From: a virus
IMG/VR virus record: IMGVR_UViG_3300009151_000031
DNA: 64,000 bases
Direction: 5' to 3' (one strand)
Shown piece after piece: positions 49,247 to 59,111 of this stretch. The notes below the pieces were generated by a model. The model searched no databases, had not been told where the DNA came from, and was given only the letters and a program-made list of their open reading frames with translations. The translations under genes were made by a program, and so were the position numbers. The stretch's first letter is position 1, and each line of letters starts with the position of its first letter.

Positions 49247-49663
49247 ATGGCGTTAATTACTTTTGCCGGTTTCAGCCGAGTCAACGGTGTTTTAAAATTT
49301 CGTACAGCCTGCGACTCTAAGCGTATTGCTCAATTGATTAAATTAGGCGACACAGAAGTCGACATAGACAAACTGCCGTTGCCAATGGACAAAAATGAAG
49401 CGGTCAAGTATGTACTTACTAACATTGGCCGGTTTCAGGTCAACGCAACAGAAGCAGAAGCATTACTTTCTACTTTAGTTAAAGACGAAAACCCTTTTGC
49501 TAAACCGGTGGCAGTTAAAAAGTCAAAGACAGTTATAGCAAAAAATGTTAAAATTAAGACTGCACCTGTAGTCGTTGACGATGAGCCAATGAGTGCTAAA
49601 CAGGCGGCACGGATTCGTGCAGAATTTATGAAGAAGTTGAAAATTGCTTACGAGGCCAACTGA
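49247..49663 (+). CDS. Hypothetical early protein
   Basis: 138-aa ORF with GGGAG SD. Confidence 0.65.
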   Translation: MALITFAGFSRVNGVLKFRTACDSKRIAQLIKLGDTEVDIDKLPLPMDKNEAVKYVLTNIGRFQVNATEAEALLSTLVKDENPFAKPVAVKKSKTVIAKNVKIKTAPVVVDDEPMSAKQAARIRAEFMKKLKIAYEAN

Positions 49664-49883
49664 TATGCGTGGAACTGATCTAATGTTTTCTTATAACGAT
49701 TATCAATATCGTACTTGGGAAGACCGTGAAGAAGATAACTGTAAAATTTTTCATGAGTGTTACAAAGACGGTGTACGGATTGTTATGCCGAGTGATTTTT
49801 ACAATCATAGTCCTTATAGTTATATGGATCGTGCCGAGTTTGCCCGCCATATTCAAACTGTAGAAGTATTTGTACAAGGCTAG
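49644..49883 (+). CDS. Hypothetical early protein
   Basis: ORF; start may be ATG 49665 or 49683. Confidence 0.55.
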   Translation: MLTRPTDMRGTDLMFSYNDYQYRTWEDREEDNCKIFHECYKDGVRIVMPSDFYNHSPYSYMDRAEFARHIQTVEVFVQG

Positions 49884-50091
49884 CATGTACTACGGTCGAA
49901 TGCTTTTTATTCTTGCATTTGTGTATTTTGGTGCTCATGTAGTCATTGGATATCTTAATTGTTCTTCTGGGTTTTGTCCCGGCGATAATGAAAATGATTA
50001 TGTGTACGAATACACTGATGCAAGTGGTAAGAAATTTATTGTAGAAGATGGTGCAACCGTCCCTAAGGAACAATACGATGGAAAGAAATAA
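49870..50091 (+). CDS. Small membrane-anchored hypothetical protein
   Basis: N-terminal hydrophobic helix. Confidence 0.55.
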   Translation: MYKASMYYGRMLFILAFVYFGAHVVIGYLNCSSGFCPGDNENDYVYEYTDASGKKFIVEDGATVPKEQYDGKK

Positions 50092-50313
50092 ATGACAATT
50101 CAAATCGAAGGTTTTACTAAAAAGCAATCCATGTTGGCTGATATAATTTGGTCGTGTGACACACAAGATCAAGTTACAAATCTGATTGCATCATTGCCTA
50201 AGCGGGATCGAATTGAAGCTCAGATTGTACTAGAAATGATTGTTACTGCTACATTTGATCAATCATTGGATACTGATTTGGCTAATGAAGTACTTGCACG
50301 ATTTCGACTTTAA
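50092..50313 (+). CDS. Hypothetical protein
   Basis: 73-aa ORF. Confidence 0.65.
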   Translation: MTIQIEGFTKKQSMLADIIWSCDTQDQVTNLIASLPKRDRIEAQIVLEMIVTATFDQSLDTDLANEVLARFRL

Positions 50314-50327
50314 TACTATAATTAAAT

Positions 50328-51350
50328 ATGATTAAACGAATAGGCTTCTGTTGTAAATGGCTCAATGACCCTAGTGAGTGCGGCGGCATGAAGGTCAATG
50401 CTGTGGATCGAGACTTAAACGGACGTAGCACCACCATGCGTTGGTTGCGTGAACATCCTGCTGAAGCTGAACAACGACAGTGGGATATTATGAATCATAA
50501 TGCTTCTGCCGCTGTGCGAATGATCGAGCGTGTGGCCACACTTCCGCCAGAGCGTAGAATGGTACGACTTGGTAGCGAAATGCTACAAGGTTACACTGAA
50601 CCCAGCTGGAAAGCCTGGTGGCAAGATAGAGCAATACAGGACCATCTTGAACGTATCTTTGCTCCAATCGGCGAAACTGCTAGACGCCTTGACGTTAGGC
50701 TCAGCTTCCATCCTGGACAGTTTTGCGTACTAGCAAGCGAATCCAAAGAAATTGTAAATAGAAGTATAGAGGAGTTTGAATATCATGCTGACATGGCCAG
50801 GTGGATGGGTTACGGACAAACCTTTCAGGACTTCAAGATCAATGTCCACATTTCAGGTAAACGCGGTCCAGCCGGTATTCGCTCTGCCCTCCGACGGCTT
50901 TCTCCCGAAGCAAGAAATTGTATTACCATCGAAAACGACGAAATGTCCTGGGGAGTCGACGCCAGCCTTGAACTTGCACAGGACTGTGCATTGGTTCTTG
51001 ACATACACCACCACTGGATACGCACGGGTGAATATATACAACCTACCGACGATCGAGTTAAAGGCGTAATTGAATCGTGGCGTGGTGTTCGCCCGGCCAT
51101 GCATTATAGTGTCAGTAGAGAAGATGTACTAGTTGATCATGCGTTAAATGTTGCCCCAGACCATGCGTTACTATTAGAAAGTGGATACAAGAAACAAAAA
51201 ATGCGAGCCCACAGTGATTTTTATTGGAATCAACCGGTAACTGACTGGGCCTTGACTTTTTGGAATCAATTTGACATACAATGCGAATCAAAAGGCAAAA
51301 ATCTAGCCAGTGAGCAGGTTTACACCCGTGCAAAACAGCTAGGTTTATAA
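50328..51350 (+). CDS. uvsE: UV-damage endonuclease (UvsE/UVDE family)
   Basis: RIGFCC, RLSFHPGQFCVLAS, ITIENDE, LDIHHH, HYS, AHSD, ESKGK. Confidence 0.9.
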   Translation: MIKRIGFCCKWLNDPSECGGMKVNAVDRDLNGRSTTMRWLREHPAEAEQRQWDIMNHNASAAVRMIERVATLPPERRMVRLGSEMLQGYTEPSWKAWWQDRAIQDHLERIFAPIGETARRLDVRLSFHPGQFCVLASESKEIVNRSIEEFEYHADMARWMGYGQTFQDFKINVHISGKRGPAGIRSALRRLSPEARNCITIENDEMSWGVDASLELAQDCALVLDIHHHWIRTGEYIQPTDDRVKGVIESWRGVRPAMHYSVSREDVLVDHALNVAPDHALLLESGYKKQKMRAHSDFYWNQPVTDWALTFWNQFDIQCESKGKNLASEQVYTRAKQLGL

Positions 51351-51387
51351 ATACTGTTGTTACCGAAAGGTACTGTGTAATACCCCC

Positions 51388-51413
51388 AAGCCCGCTTTCT
51401 GCGGGCTTTCTTG
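51388..51413 (+). terminator. Rho-independent terminator
   Basis: AAGCCCGC-TTTCT-GCGGGCTT followed by TCTTG. Confidence 0.8.
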
Positions 51414-51449
51414 TTTATAGATAAATACTCAATAACAAGGTTAATAAAT

Positions 51450-54431
51450 ATGAGTATTTTTGCTAACGTCTACACAGGTGCCACAGCTAATGATGGAACG
51501 GGCGATGCATTACGTGTGGCATTTCAGAAGATTGATAGAAATTTTGCTAATTTAGCGGCTGTTAATAGTTCTGCCAACGTAATTGTATATGCATCTGGTA
51601 ACGCCAATGTGTTTGCAACATATAATCCCGGTGTAAGCTCGGTTGCTGGCAGATATGGCAATATTGTTCTAAGTGTCAACGACGTAGTTGGTGCGGCCAG
51701 TTTAGGTACATTAAACAATTCAATGGTAGCATCCAATGTTTATGCTACCAGTGTTATCAATACATTTACAGCCAATGCGGCCAATGTAATTTACAATCAA
51801 GTTGCCGCAAATTTATCAAGTACAATCGCTAATACAGCATCAACTCTTGCAAATGCTTCTTTGGCTCCAATGACAGGATTCCAGGCAAATGTAACAGCCG
51901 CAAATTTACGTATACAAATCATTGATGCTAATCTAGGATCAGTTACAACTACTGTAGCCGCTATTCTAAATACAGATATTCTACAATCTGCCAACCTTGG
52001 TACAGCAACAAATAATATTACAACTTTGTTTGCCAATGCGGCGACCCAGTCAACTGCAATCAGCACAATCAATGCAAACGTGTCCGCCGCAAATGTTGTG
52101 GTTAGATCTTTTGATGCCAATGTTGGTACGTTAAATGTTGTTGTTGCTAGTTTACTTTCCAATGCCGCAACACAAGCTGGCACTTTAAATTCACATGATG
52201 CTAACCTGGGTGTTGCTACTGCAAGCATCATAACGCTACAAGGCAATGCTAGAACTCAAGAAACAGAAATACTAACATTAGGCAATCAGATCACTGCGGC
52301 CAATGCATCAATTGTTGCGGCCAATGCCGCGATTGTGACAGCCAACACAGCAATGAAAGGCTACGTTGATGCAGTCTCAACAGCATGGACTGCCAATGCC
52401 GCTACTCAGGCATCTGCGCTATCTACATTGACTGCCAATGCTGTTACACAAGATTCTACTTTGACTACATTGACTGCCAATGCCGGGACGCAAGCATCTT
52501 CAATTAATACTCTTAATAATTCTGTTGCTAACCTAAACACCAGCGTTGGCGGCGTATTAAATACCATTGCTAATATCAATGCCAACCTTGGCACAGCAAC
52601 TACAAATATTACTGGGTTACAAAATACCACGTCGGTTCACGACACACAGATTTATAATCTTAATGCTAATGTAACAGCCGCCAATGCACGTATTAGAGCA
52701 ATTGATGCCAACCTTGGTGTGGTATATTCTGCGGTTGGTTCGGTTACTTCTCAAATTGCATCAACTAATTCTAATGTTTCTACTACCAACGCCACACTTG
52801 TTGCTAACGTAGCTACCTTAACTGCCAATGCAGGCACACAATCAGGACAAATAACAACAACAAATGCAAATGTTGCTGCCGCAAATGTAGCTATCCAGAT
52901 GACTAATTATTCACTGAGTGTATTTGCGGCCAGTACTAATTCTAACATTGGTAACCTATGGGCCAATGCCGGTAGTCAACAAACAACAATTAGTAGTGTT
53001 TACTCTCAGGCCAATGCTACCGCTATATCATTGACCACATTGAATAACAGCTTCCTTGATTTGATTGGTACTGGCTATGCAGGTACCATGACAGTCACTG
53101 GAAACGTCAAAGGCAGTAGCGTAATTGCTAGTAATTTTTATTATGCCAACGGTGCTCCGTTCCTTGGCGGATATGGTAACACACAAGCTGCCGCTTACCT
53201 TCGAACTAATACTGGTAACGTAAATGCTGGATATTTTAAAGGCAATGGATACTTCTTAACTGATGTAACAGGAGCTGGCACCTATAGTAATGCTAACGTA
53301 TCGGCTTTCCTAACAACATACTCAGTGCAAGGAGTTGGAAATATTACTGCCAATGGCATAACCATTAACAGTTATATCAATAACATTACTCCTGTTATTA
53401 CTATGTATAACAATGGTGATTTAACAGCATCTAATATTGCAGTTGGTAATATCACTATTGCTAATAATATTATTTTTGCCGGAAACGTAACCGGTAATGC
53501 TGTTGGTACAACTGCAAGATACTCTAATTATTATTTTGCCAATGGTATAAACATTCTAAGTACTGTTGGCGCAGGTGCTTATGGCAACGTTAACGTAGCC
53601 GCATACTTGCCAACATACTCGGGTAATTTAAGCGGCATTAATTCGTTTAGTGCGGCATCTGGATCATTTGCTAACTTAAATGTGACCAATCAGATCAGTG
53701 GTAATTTATTTGGTACAGTACAAGGCAACGTAAGTGGTACTAATGGTTCGTTTACCAATATTAACACAACCATTGCTGTGGTAAATGCCAATGTTACCGC
53801 AGCCAATGTTGCAATAGGTTTGCTACAGTCACAGCAGTTTGGTAATGCAAACGTATCGATATTCCATGGCAATTTAAATCCGGGCAATATCAATGCCGGC
53901 ACTGGCAGTATTGTAGGCGGTAATCTTACTGTTGCCAGCGCCCTGATCGGTGGCAATATCACCACTGGAAACATTACTGTAACTGGCAACACAAGTGTTA
54001 CAGGTAACATCACCACATCAAGTAGTTTCTTTGGTGATGGTTCTAACCTGTCCAATGTGGCAATAAAGTATACAGGTTCTTGGTCAGTGCCTACAGGCAA
54101 CAGCACACAAAGTTTCACTGTGACTCCTAGCAACACCTACTACATGTGGGTGGATTGCAATATCCCCAATGGTATTTTGACTTGGACCGCCACTGCCACA
54201 GTGACCAACACTAACGTACCTGTGGTAGGCGCTCAGTATGCCTGGGTCTATACTGGTGGTGGAACGCCCATTGACTTTACCAGCATACCCAATCAGTTTA
54301 CAGGCACAGCAAATACCATTGTGCGATCCAGTGTGGCTCCCAGTGCAACCACCAATAGATTTGACTTTGGCATCAACAACACCAGCGGCAATGTTCAAAT
54401 CGTGCGTTACGGTTGGGCTAGAATAAGTTAA
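51450..54431 (+). CDS. Long tail fibre protein
   Basis: N-terminal ANDGTGDALRVAFQKI anchor motif; Asn/Ala/Thr-rich repeats; start set to ATG 51450. Confidence 0.8.
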   Translation: MSIFANVYTGATANDGTGDALRVAFQKIDRNFANLAAVNSSANVIVYASGNANVFATYNPGVSSVAGRYGNIVLSVNDVVGAASLGTLNNSMVASNVYATSVINTFTANAANVIYNQVAANLSSTIANTASTLANASLAPMTGFQANVTAANLRIQIIDANLGSVTTTVAAILNTDILQSANLGTATNNITTLFANAATQSTAISTINANVSAANVVVRSFDANVGTLNVVVASLLSNAATQAGTLNSHDANLGVATASIITLQGNARTQETEILTLGNQITAANASIVAANAAIVTANTAMKGYVDAVSTAWTANAATQASALSTLTANAVTQDSTLTTLTANAGTQASSINTLNNSVANLNTSVGGVLNTIANINANLGTATTNITGLQNTTSVHDTQIYNLNANVTAANARIRAIDANLGVVYSAVGSVTSQIASTNSNVSTTNATLVANVATLTANAGTQSGQITTTNANVAAANVAIQMTNYSLSVFAASTNSNIGNLWANAGSQQTTISSVYSQANATAISLTTLNNSFLDLIGTGYAGTMTVTGNVKGSSVIASNFYYANGAPFLGGYGNTQAAAYLRTNTGNVNAGYFKGNGYFLTDVTGAGTYSNANVSAFLTTYSVQGVGNITANGITINSYINNITPVITMYNNGDLTASNIAVGNITIANNIIFAGNVTGNAVGTTARYSNYYFANGINILSTVGAGAYGNVNVAAYLPTYSGNLSGINSFSAASGSFANLNVTNQISGNLFGTVQGNVSGTNGSFTNINTTIAVVNANVTAANVAIGLLQSQQFGNANVSIFHGNLNPGNINAGTGSIVGGNLTVASALIGGNITTGNITVTGNTSVTGNITTSSSFFGDGSNLSNVAIKYTGSWSVPTGNSTQSFTVTPSNTYYMWVDCNIPNGILTWTATATVTNTNVPVVGAQYAWVYTGGGTPIDFTSIPNQFTGTANTIVRSSVAPSATTNRFDFGINNTSGNVQIVRYGWARIS

Positions 54432-54452
54432 TTTTTAACGGTAAATAATATT

Positions 54453-54668
54453 ATGTCACAAAACGGAATTTCGCACTTGGCAACTAAACAGGCACGTCAA
54501 ACTGCCAAACTGGCTCTGGCACAGACCAAACGTGCCGCTGCCGGTACCACGGGTTATAGAGCACTACATACCTTGGACACCACGGAACTGCCCACGGTGT
54601 ATTCTGGAAATGTGGTAGTGGACAACCCCAACGCCGGCGGTTTAGTAACAGGTCGCCCGTGGAGTTAA
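54453..54668 (+). CDS. Small hypothetical protein
   Basis: 71 aa; GTAAATA 5 nt upstream; ends GRPW. Confidence 0.6.
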   Translation: MSQNGISHLATKQARQTAKLALAQTKRAAAGTTGYRALHTLDTTELPTVYSGNVVVDNPNAGGLVTGRPWS

Positions 54669-54735
54669 ACCAATTCTGTTGACACGCACCATTTATCTGT
54701 GTATACTATAGGACTAAAACCTATAAATACATACT

Positions 54736-56232
54736 ATGATACTTGCTTGGCTACTACTCTTAACTGGATTAACCATATCCTCGGTTGCTATCTACTATAG
54801 TGTAGTAGGTCTCACAGCAATCTTCTCAGCCGCAGCCATTCCAATTATGATTATGGGCGTAAGCCTAGAAGTGGCCAAACTGGTTTGTGCTACTTGGATC
54901 AAACAGTATTGGACACAGGTTCCACGCTTAATGAAGACCTATATGGTCACAGCCGTAGTGCTGTTGATGCTGATCACAAGTATGGGTATTTTTGGATTCC
55001 TATCAAAAGCACACAACGACCAAAACCTAGTGTCGGGCGATGTACAAAGTAAAATAGCAATATATGATGAAAAGATTAAAACAGCCCGCGACAACATCGA
55101 AGCCAACCGCAAGGCGCTTCGACAAATGGATGAAGCTGTGGACCAGGTTATGGGCAGGTCAACTGATGAAAAGGGTGCTGACAAAGCAGTCGCCATCCGT
55201 AGGTCACAGGCCAAGGATCGTCAGGCACTCGGCCGGGATATTGAAGCCAACCAGAGAATTATTAGTACTCTCAATGACGAAGCCGCACCAATACGAGCAG
55301 AGGTTCGCAAGGTTGAAGCAGAAGTAGGCCCAATCAAATACATAGCGGCATTCTTATACGGTGTTACACCCGATGCTGGTATGTTAGAGAAGGCAGTAAC
55401 TTGGATCATTATTACCATTGTTGTTGTATTTGATCCATTGGCAGTTATTATGTTGCTAGCCGCACAAATGACCTTTGCATGGCGACGTGGTGAAGAAACA
55501 GATGCAGAAGCTCACACGAGAATTGAAAGTGAACTAGCTGAAACTATGAATGATCTTGGCATAGTAAACACCCCAGTAGAAGAACCAAAAACAAAAATAG
55601 ATTTTGAAGGTGTGCGTATGCCCAATGGAGAGTGGGTGCAAACTGGTCCCGCATTTGAAGTACCAGCTGGAACTCCCGGGTACAAAGCCGATGATGGCGC
55701 ATTAACTGATAACCAAATTGATCAAATTAATGCTATGCTGGCCGACCATGCAGAAACTGTTGAATCTATTGTTGTTGATGAGCAACCAGAGTCTAAGACT
55801 GTGGATGAAATCGTTGACGAAATTATAGAAAAACTTCCTCCTGAAGAAGCAGTTGTGCCTGAATCCCCGAATACAAGAACTTCAGAAGCCGCCCCAGGCA
55901 CAAATCGCGGAGTGATGTACAGTCAACCGATCGTAGCAGATAACTCACCGACTTTAGGCAAAGCATCAAACAGCGACTTCGGTAACGAATACCCTGCAAA
56001 CCCAGAAAAAGGTGATGTGTATTTGCGTACAGATTACTTGCCAAATCGATTGTTCAAGTATAACGGATTTAAATGGATAGAGGTTGACAAATCGTCTACA
56101 GACGTGTATGCTTATGAAGAAGCGTATATTCGACACTTGATTGAAGAAATAGAAGCTGGACGTTACGATCCGGATGCTTTAACAGAAGTAGAACGTGACC
56201 AGATTGCTAACTATTTAAAGAAAAATGCATAG
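54736..56232 (+). CDS. Membrane protein with coiled coil and acidic C-terminal domain
   Basis: About three N-terminal TM helices, heptad region, TM at IIITIVVVFDPLAVIMLLAA; sigma70 (54679-54707) and TATAAATA (54722) promoters. Confidence 0.7.
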   Translation: MILAWLLLLTGLTISSVAIYYSVVGLTAIFSAAAIPIMIMGVSLEVAKLVCATWIKQYWTQVPRLMKTYMVTAVVLLMLITSMGIFGFLSKAHNDQNLVSGDVQSKIAIYDEKIKTARDNIEANRKALRQMDEAVDQVMGRSTDEKGADKAVAIRRSQAKDRQALGRDIEANQRIISTLNDEAAPIRAEVRKVEAEVGPIKYIAAFLYGVTPDAGMLEKAVTWIIITIVVVFDPLAVIMLLAAQMTFAWRRGEETDAEAHTRIESELAETMNDLGIVNTPVEEPKTKIDFEGVRMPNGEWVQTGPAFEVPAGTPGYKADDGALTDNQIDQINAMLADHAETVESIVVDEQPESKTVDEIVDEIIEKLPPEEAVVPESPNTRTSEAAPGTNRGVMYSQPIVADNSPTLGKASNSDFGNEYPANPEKGDVYLRTDYLPNRLFKYNGFKWIEVDKSSTDVYAYEEAYIRHLIEEIEAGRYDPDALTEVERDQIANYLKKNA

Positions 56233-56461
56233 TAACTTTATAACACCACCAGATTACATAGAAACAGTATTAATTCTTAATGCTCCGCAAGAGCAAATAA
56301 AAGTGTTAGCTACTATGATACAACAAAGAGAACAATGTTATAACGTGTATTTTTATAATGATTTAATGAATCAAACAGAATGGCGTGATCGTATTAGACA
56401 AAAAGCAGATACAATTTTAGACGCAAATTTAACCAACCCCGAAGAATACTTCAATAAATAA
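56225..56461 (+). CDS. Hypothetical protein
   Basis: 78-aa ORF, FITPPD. Confidence 0.65.
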   Translation: MHSNFITPPDYIETVLILNAPQEQIKVLATMIQQREQCYNVYFYNDLMNQTEWRDRIRQKADTILDANLTNPEEYFNK

Positions 56462-56467
56462 ACAACT

Positions 56468-56719
56468 ATGGCATATAAACCAAACGGCGGTCCAATCGTT
56501 TGTAGAGGAAATACAGTTACCTTACGTGAAGGCGAACCTGTAGAAAAAGCTCTACGTAAATTTAAAAAGAAAGTATTAGAGTCCGGCCTACTTCGCGAAC
56601 TCAAAGAACGCGAAACTTACGAAAAACCTACTACAGCACGTAAGAAAGCTAAAGCGGCGGCCAAGAATCGTTGGCGCAAAAAGTTAGCTTCAGAATCTTT
56701 GCCCAAAAAACTTTACTGA
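56468..56719 (+). CDS. rpsU: 30S ribosomal protein bS21
   Basis: GEPVEKALRKFKKKV..GLLRELKERETYEKPTTARK. Confidence 0.92.
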   Translation: MAYKPNGGPIVCRGNTVTLREGEPVEKALRKFKKKVLESGLLRELKERETYEKPTTARKKAKAAAKNRWRKKLASESLPKKLY

Positions 56720-56780
56720 TTTACATTTTTCGTGTATAAATATATTTGTAGTGCCGATAGTCGGGCTACAACTTATAGTC

Positions 56781-56811
56781 ATATTTTGCTTAATAAAGGA
56801 GATATAAAATG
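56781..56811 (+). promoter_or_regulatory. ROSE-like RNA thermometer
   Basis: ATATTTT-G-CTT/AATA/AAG-GAGATAT: UUGCU with bulged G pairs over the AGGAG SD of the sHSP gene. Confidence 0.7.
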
Positions 56812-57264
56812 ACACAATTACAAATCCACACCCTTGATTTACCTACATTTGTTAACCAAATCCATCGCCAAACCATTGGCTTTGATAATTTGTTTGACCA
56901 GTTAAATCGCACTTTTGCCAATAGTAAAACTGATGGCAACTATCCCCCACACAACGTAGTTAAATTAGATGACACTCACTATGTTATTGAAGTAGCCGTT
57001 GCGGGGTTCGCTGAGAACGAAATTGACGTTGAACTAAAAGAAAACGTGTTGACCGTTAAAGGCGAACAAGAAAAAACAGATAAAGAAATTGAGTACCTAC
57101 ACAAAGGTATCAGTGCTCGTAACTTTGTCCGTACATTTCCATTAGCTGAGCACATCGAAGTTCGTGGTGCTACTGTTAAAAACGGTATACTTGCTATAGC
57201 ATTAGAGCAAGTGGTTCCTGAAGAACAAAAGGCTAAAAAAGTACAAATAACATTTGCAAAATAA
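56809..57264 (+). CDS. Small heat-shock protein Hsp20 (IbpA-like)
   Basis: YPPHNVVK, EVAVAGF, YLHKGISARNF, NGILAI, KVQI. Confidence 0.95.
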   Translation: MTQLQIHTLDLPTFVNQIHRQTIGFDNLFDQLNRTFANSKTDGNYPPHNVVKLDDTHYVIEVAVAGFAENEIDVELKENVLTVKGEQEKTDKEIEYLHKGISARNFVRTFPLAEHIEVRGATVKNGILAIALEQVVPEEQKAKKVQITFAK

Positions 57265-57312
57265 GCGATAGTTATGTATAATAAGGGGAAGTAATAACAC
57301 TTCCCCTTTATC

Positions 57313-57651
57313 ATGAGCGAAAAATTAATGTCCAGAACAAAAACAAAAACTGATGCAGTAGTACGCAATCGTATTGACCCAAAACTCAATATTCCTGAGC
57401 CACCACAATTTCGTGTTATCTATATCAACGATGAGCAAACTACACAAGAATTTGTTGTAGAAACACTCAAAATTATTTTTAATTACGATCAAGGCGCTGC
57501 CGAAGCCCTGACTACGCGAGTACACGAAGAAGGGTCAGCAGTGGTAGCAGTACTGCCTTATGAACTGGCTGAACAAAAAGGCATTGAGGTTACACTACTT
57601 GCACGTAACAATGGTTTTCCATTGCAGGTGAAAATAGAAATGGACGTATGA
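57313..57651 (+). CDS. clpS: ClpAP adaptor ClpS
   Basis: VIYINDEQTTQEFVV, VHEEGSAVV, FPLQVKIE. Confidence 0.88.
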   Translation: MSEKLMSRTKTKTDAVVRNRIDPKLNIPEPPQFRVIYINDEQTTQEFVVETLKIIFNYDQGAAEALTTRVHEEGSAVVAVLPYELAEQKGIEVTLLARNNGFPLQVKIEMDV

Positions 57652-58115
57652 TATTCAACCACATTCGTAAACTCAAAGATGATGGCAAGAAGATTGGCAT
57701 TACCTTTAGTACTTTTGATATGCTACATGCAGGCCATATTGCCATGCTGGCCGAAGCTAAAAATCATTGCGATTATCTAATTTGTGGCTTACAAACAGAT
57801 CCCACTATTGATCGCCCAGACACCAAGAATCATCCTGTGCAGAGCATTGTGGAACGACAAATCCAATTGGCCGCTTGTCGTTATGTAGACGAAGTAGTAG
57901 TTTATCAAACAGAACAAGACTTAGTTGACTTGCTACTAATCCTTCCCCTAGATGTACGTGTGCTCGGCGTTGAATATCAAGATAAAGAGTATACTGGCAA
58001 ACACGAAGGTCTACGTCGAGGCATACAACCGATATTTAACGGTCGTGATCACAGCTTCAGTAGTTCGGGATTACGCAGTCGCGTAGTAGAAGCCGAAGCA
58101 ATAAAAAATACTTAA
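57648..58115 (+). CDS. Cytidylyltransferase (TagD-like)
   Basis: TFSTFDMLHAGH (HxGH), ERQIQL, RDHSFSSS. Confidence 0.85.
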   Translation: MIFNHIRKLKDDGKKIGITFSTFDMLHAGHIAMLAEAKNHCDYLICGLQTDPTIDRPDTKNHPVQSIVERQIQLAACRYVDEVVVYQTEQDLVDLLLILPLDVRVLGVEYQDKEYTGKHEGLRRGIQPIFNGRDHSFSSSGLRSRVVEAEAIKNT

Positions 58116-58133
58116 AATAAAATAAGGAAAAAA

Positions 58134-59111
58134 ATGTTTAAAAAAATCTTAATGACAATTACCATTGCCTGTTTCTCAATGTCTACATTGGCCGCTTGGC
58201 AACCCAATAGGCCAATTGAAATCACTGTGGGCTACCCAGCAGGCGGTGCCAGTGATGCGTTTGGTAGGTTAGTTGCTAAAATCTTTACGGACCATGGATG
58301 GAATAGTATAGTTGTTAATCGTCCTGGTGCTAGTAGTACAATTGGCGCTAACCATGTAGCACAACAAAAACCCGATGGTCACAATGTATTCATTGGTGGC
58401 CTAGGTTTCCTTGATGCTAACCTGGCAGCAGGAGATTCTAGTTTGGGTATTAACTATAATGAAAATAGTTTTACTGATATTATTACATTTGCCTATGGTA
58501 GCTTGACTTTAATTGTAGGCAAAGATGTACCTGTTAATAACTACGAAGAATTTAAACAGTATGTTAGAAAAAATCCTACTAAGTTTAATCTAGGTTATTG
58601 GAATCAATATGCCGCTAATATTTTCTACAAGTGGGCAGAACTTGAAAAGTTGCCCAGGCCTGAAATTATAATTTATAAAGGTACAGCTCCAATGATGCAA
58701 GATGTGTTTGCCAATCAGATTCCGTTTGTAATTGACACATGGACTTCGGCATATCCTTTATACGAAGCAGACCGCGTGAAAATTATTGCTGTGTTAGATC
58801 GTGAGGGATTGGCTTTTGTTAAAAAGACTGCGCCCAAGGGCAAAGATACTAGCCGACTGGTTAGCCTATCACAAAAACATCCAGAGCTTGATATTGTAAT
58901 TTGGAACGGCCTAGTTGGGCCAGCTGGTATGCCAAAAGAGGTTGTTGACGAAATGAATGCCGTACTTAATTCCGCATTAAAAGATCCCAAGTATGCCGCA
59001 GACTTTGACTTTTTAAAAGTTCCTGTTAAAGGAGGAACACCAGAGTATCTAAAACAAACTCACGAAAATCTATTAAGTAAATTCCGTAAAATTAACGCGG
59101 ATACTAAATGA
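58134..59111 (+). CDS. Bug/TctC tripartite tricarboxylate transporter substrate-binding protein
   Basis: Signal peptide; WQPNRPIEITVGYPAGGASD, NRPGASSTIGA, PDGH, YKGTAP, WNGLVGPAGMP. Confidence 0.88.
   Translation: MFKKILMTITIACFSMSTLAAWQPNRPIEITVGYPAGGASDAFGRLVAKIFTDHGWNSIVVNRPGASSTIGANHVAQQKPDGHNVFIGGLGFLDANLAAGDSSLGINYNENSFTDIITFAYGSLTLIVGKDVPVNNYEEFKQYVRKNPTKFNLGYWNQYAANIFYKWAELEKLPRPEIIIYKGTAPMMQDVFANQIPFVIDTWTSAYPLYEADRVKIIAVLDREGLAFVKKTAPKGKDTSRLVSLSQKHPELDIVIWNGLVGPAGMPKEVVDEMNAVLNSALKDPKYAADFDFLKVPVKGGTPEYLKQTHENLLSKFRKINADTK

Noticed and set aside
51411-51449. N-terminal extension of the tail fibre from the ORF track
   Set aside because: Overlaps the terminator and a late-promoter motif; ATG 51450 has an AAGG SD and starts the conserved anchor motif
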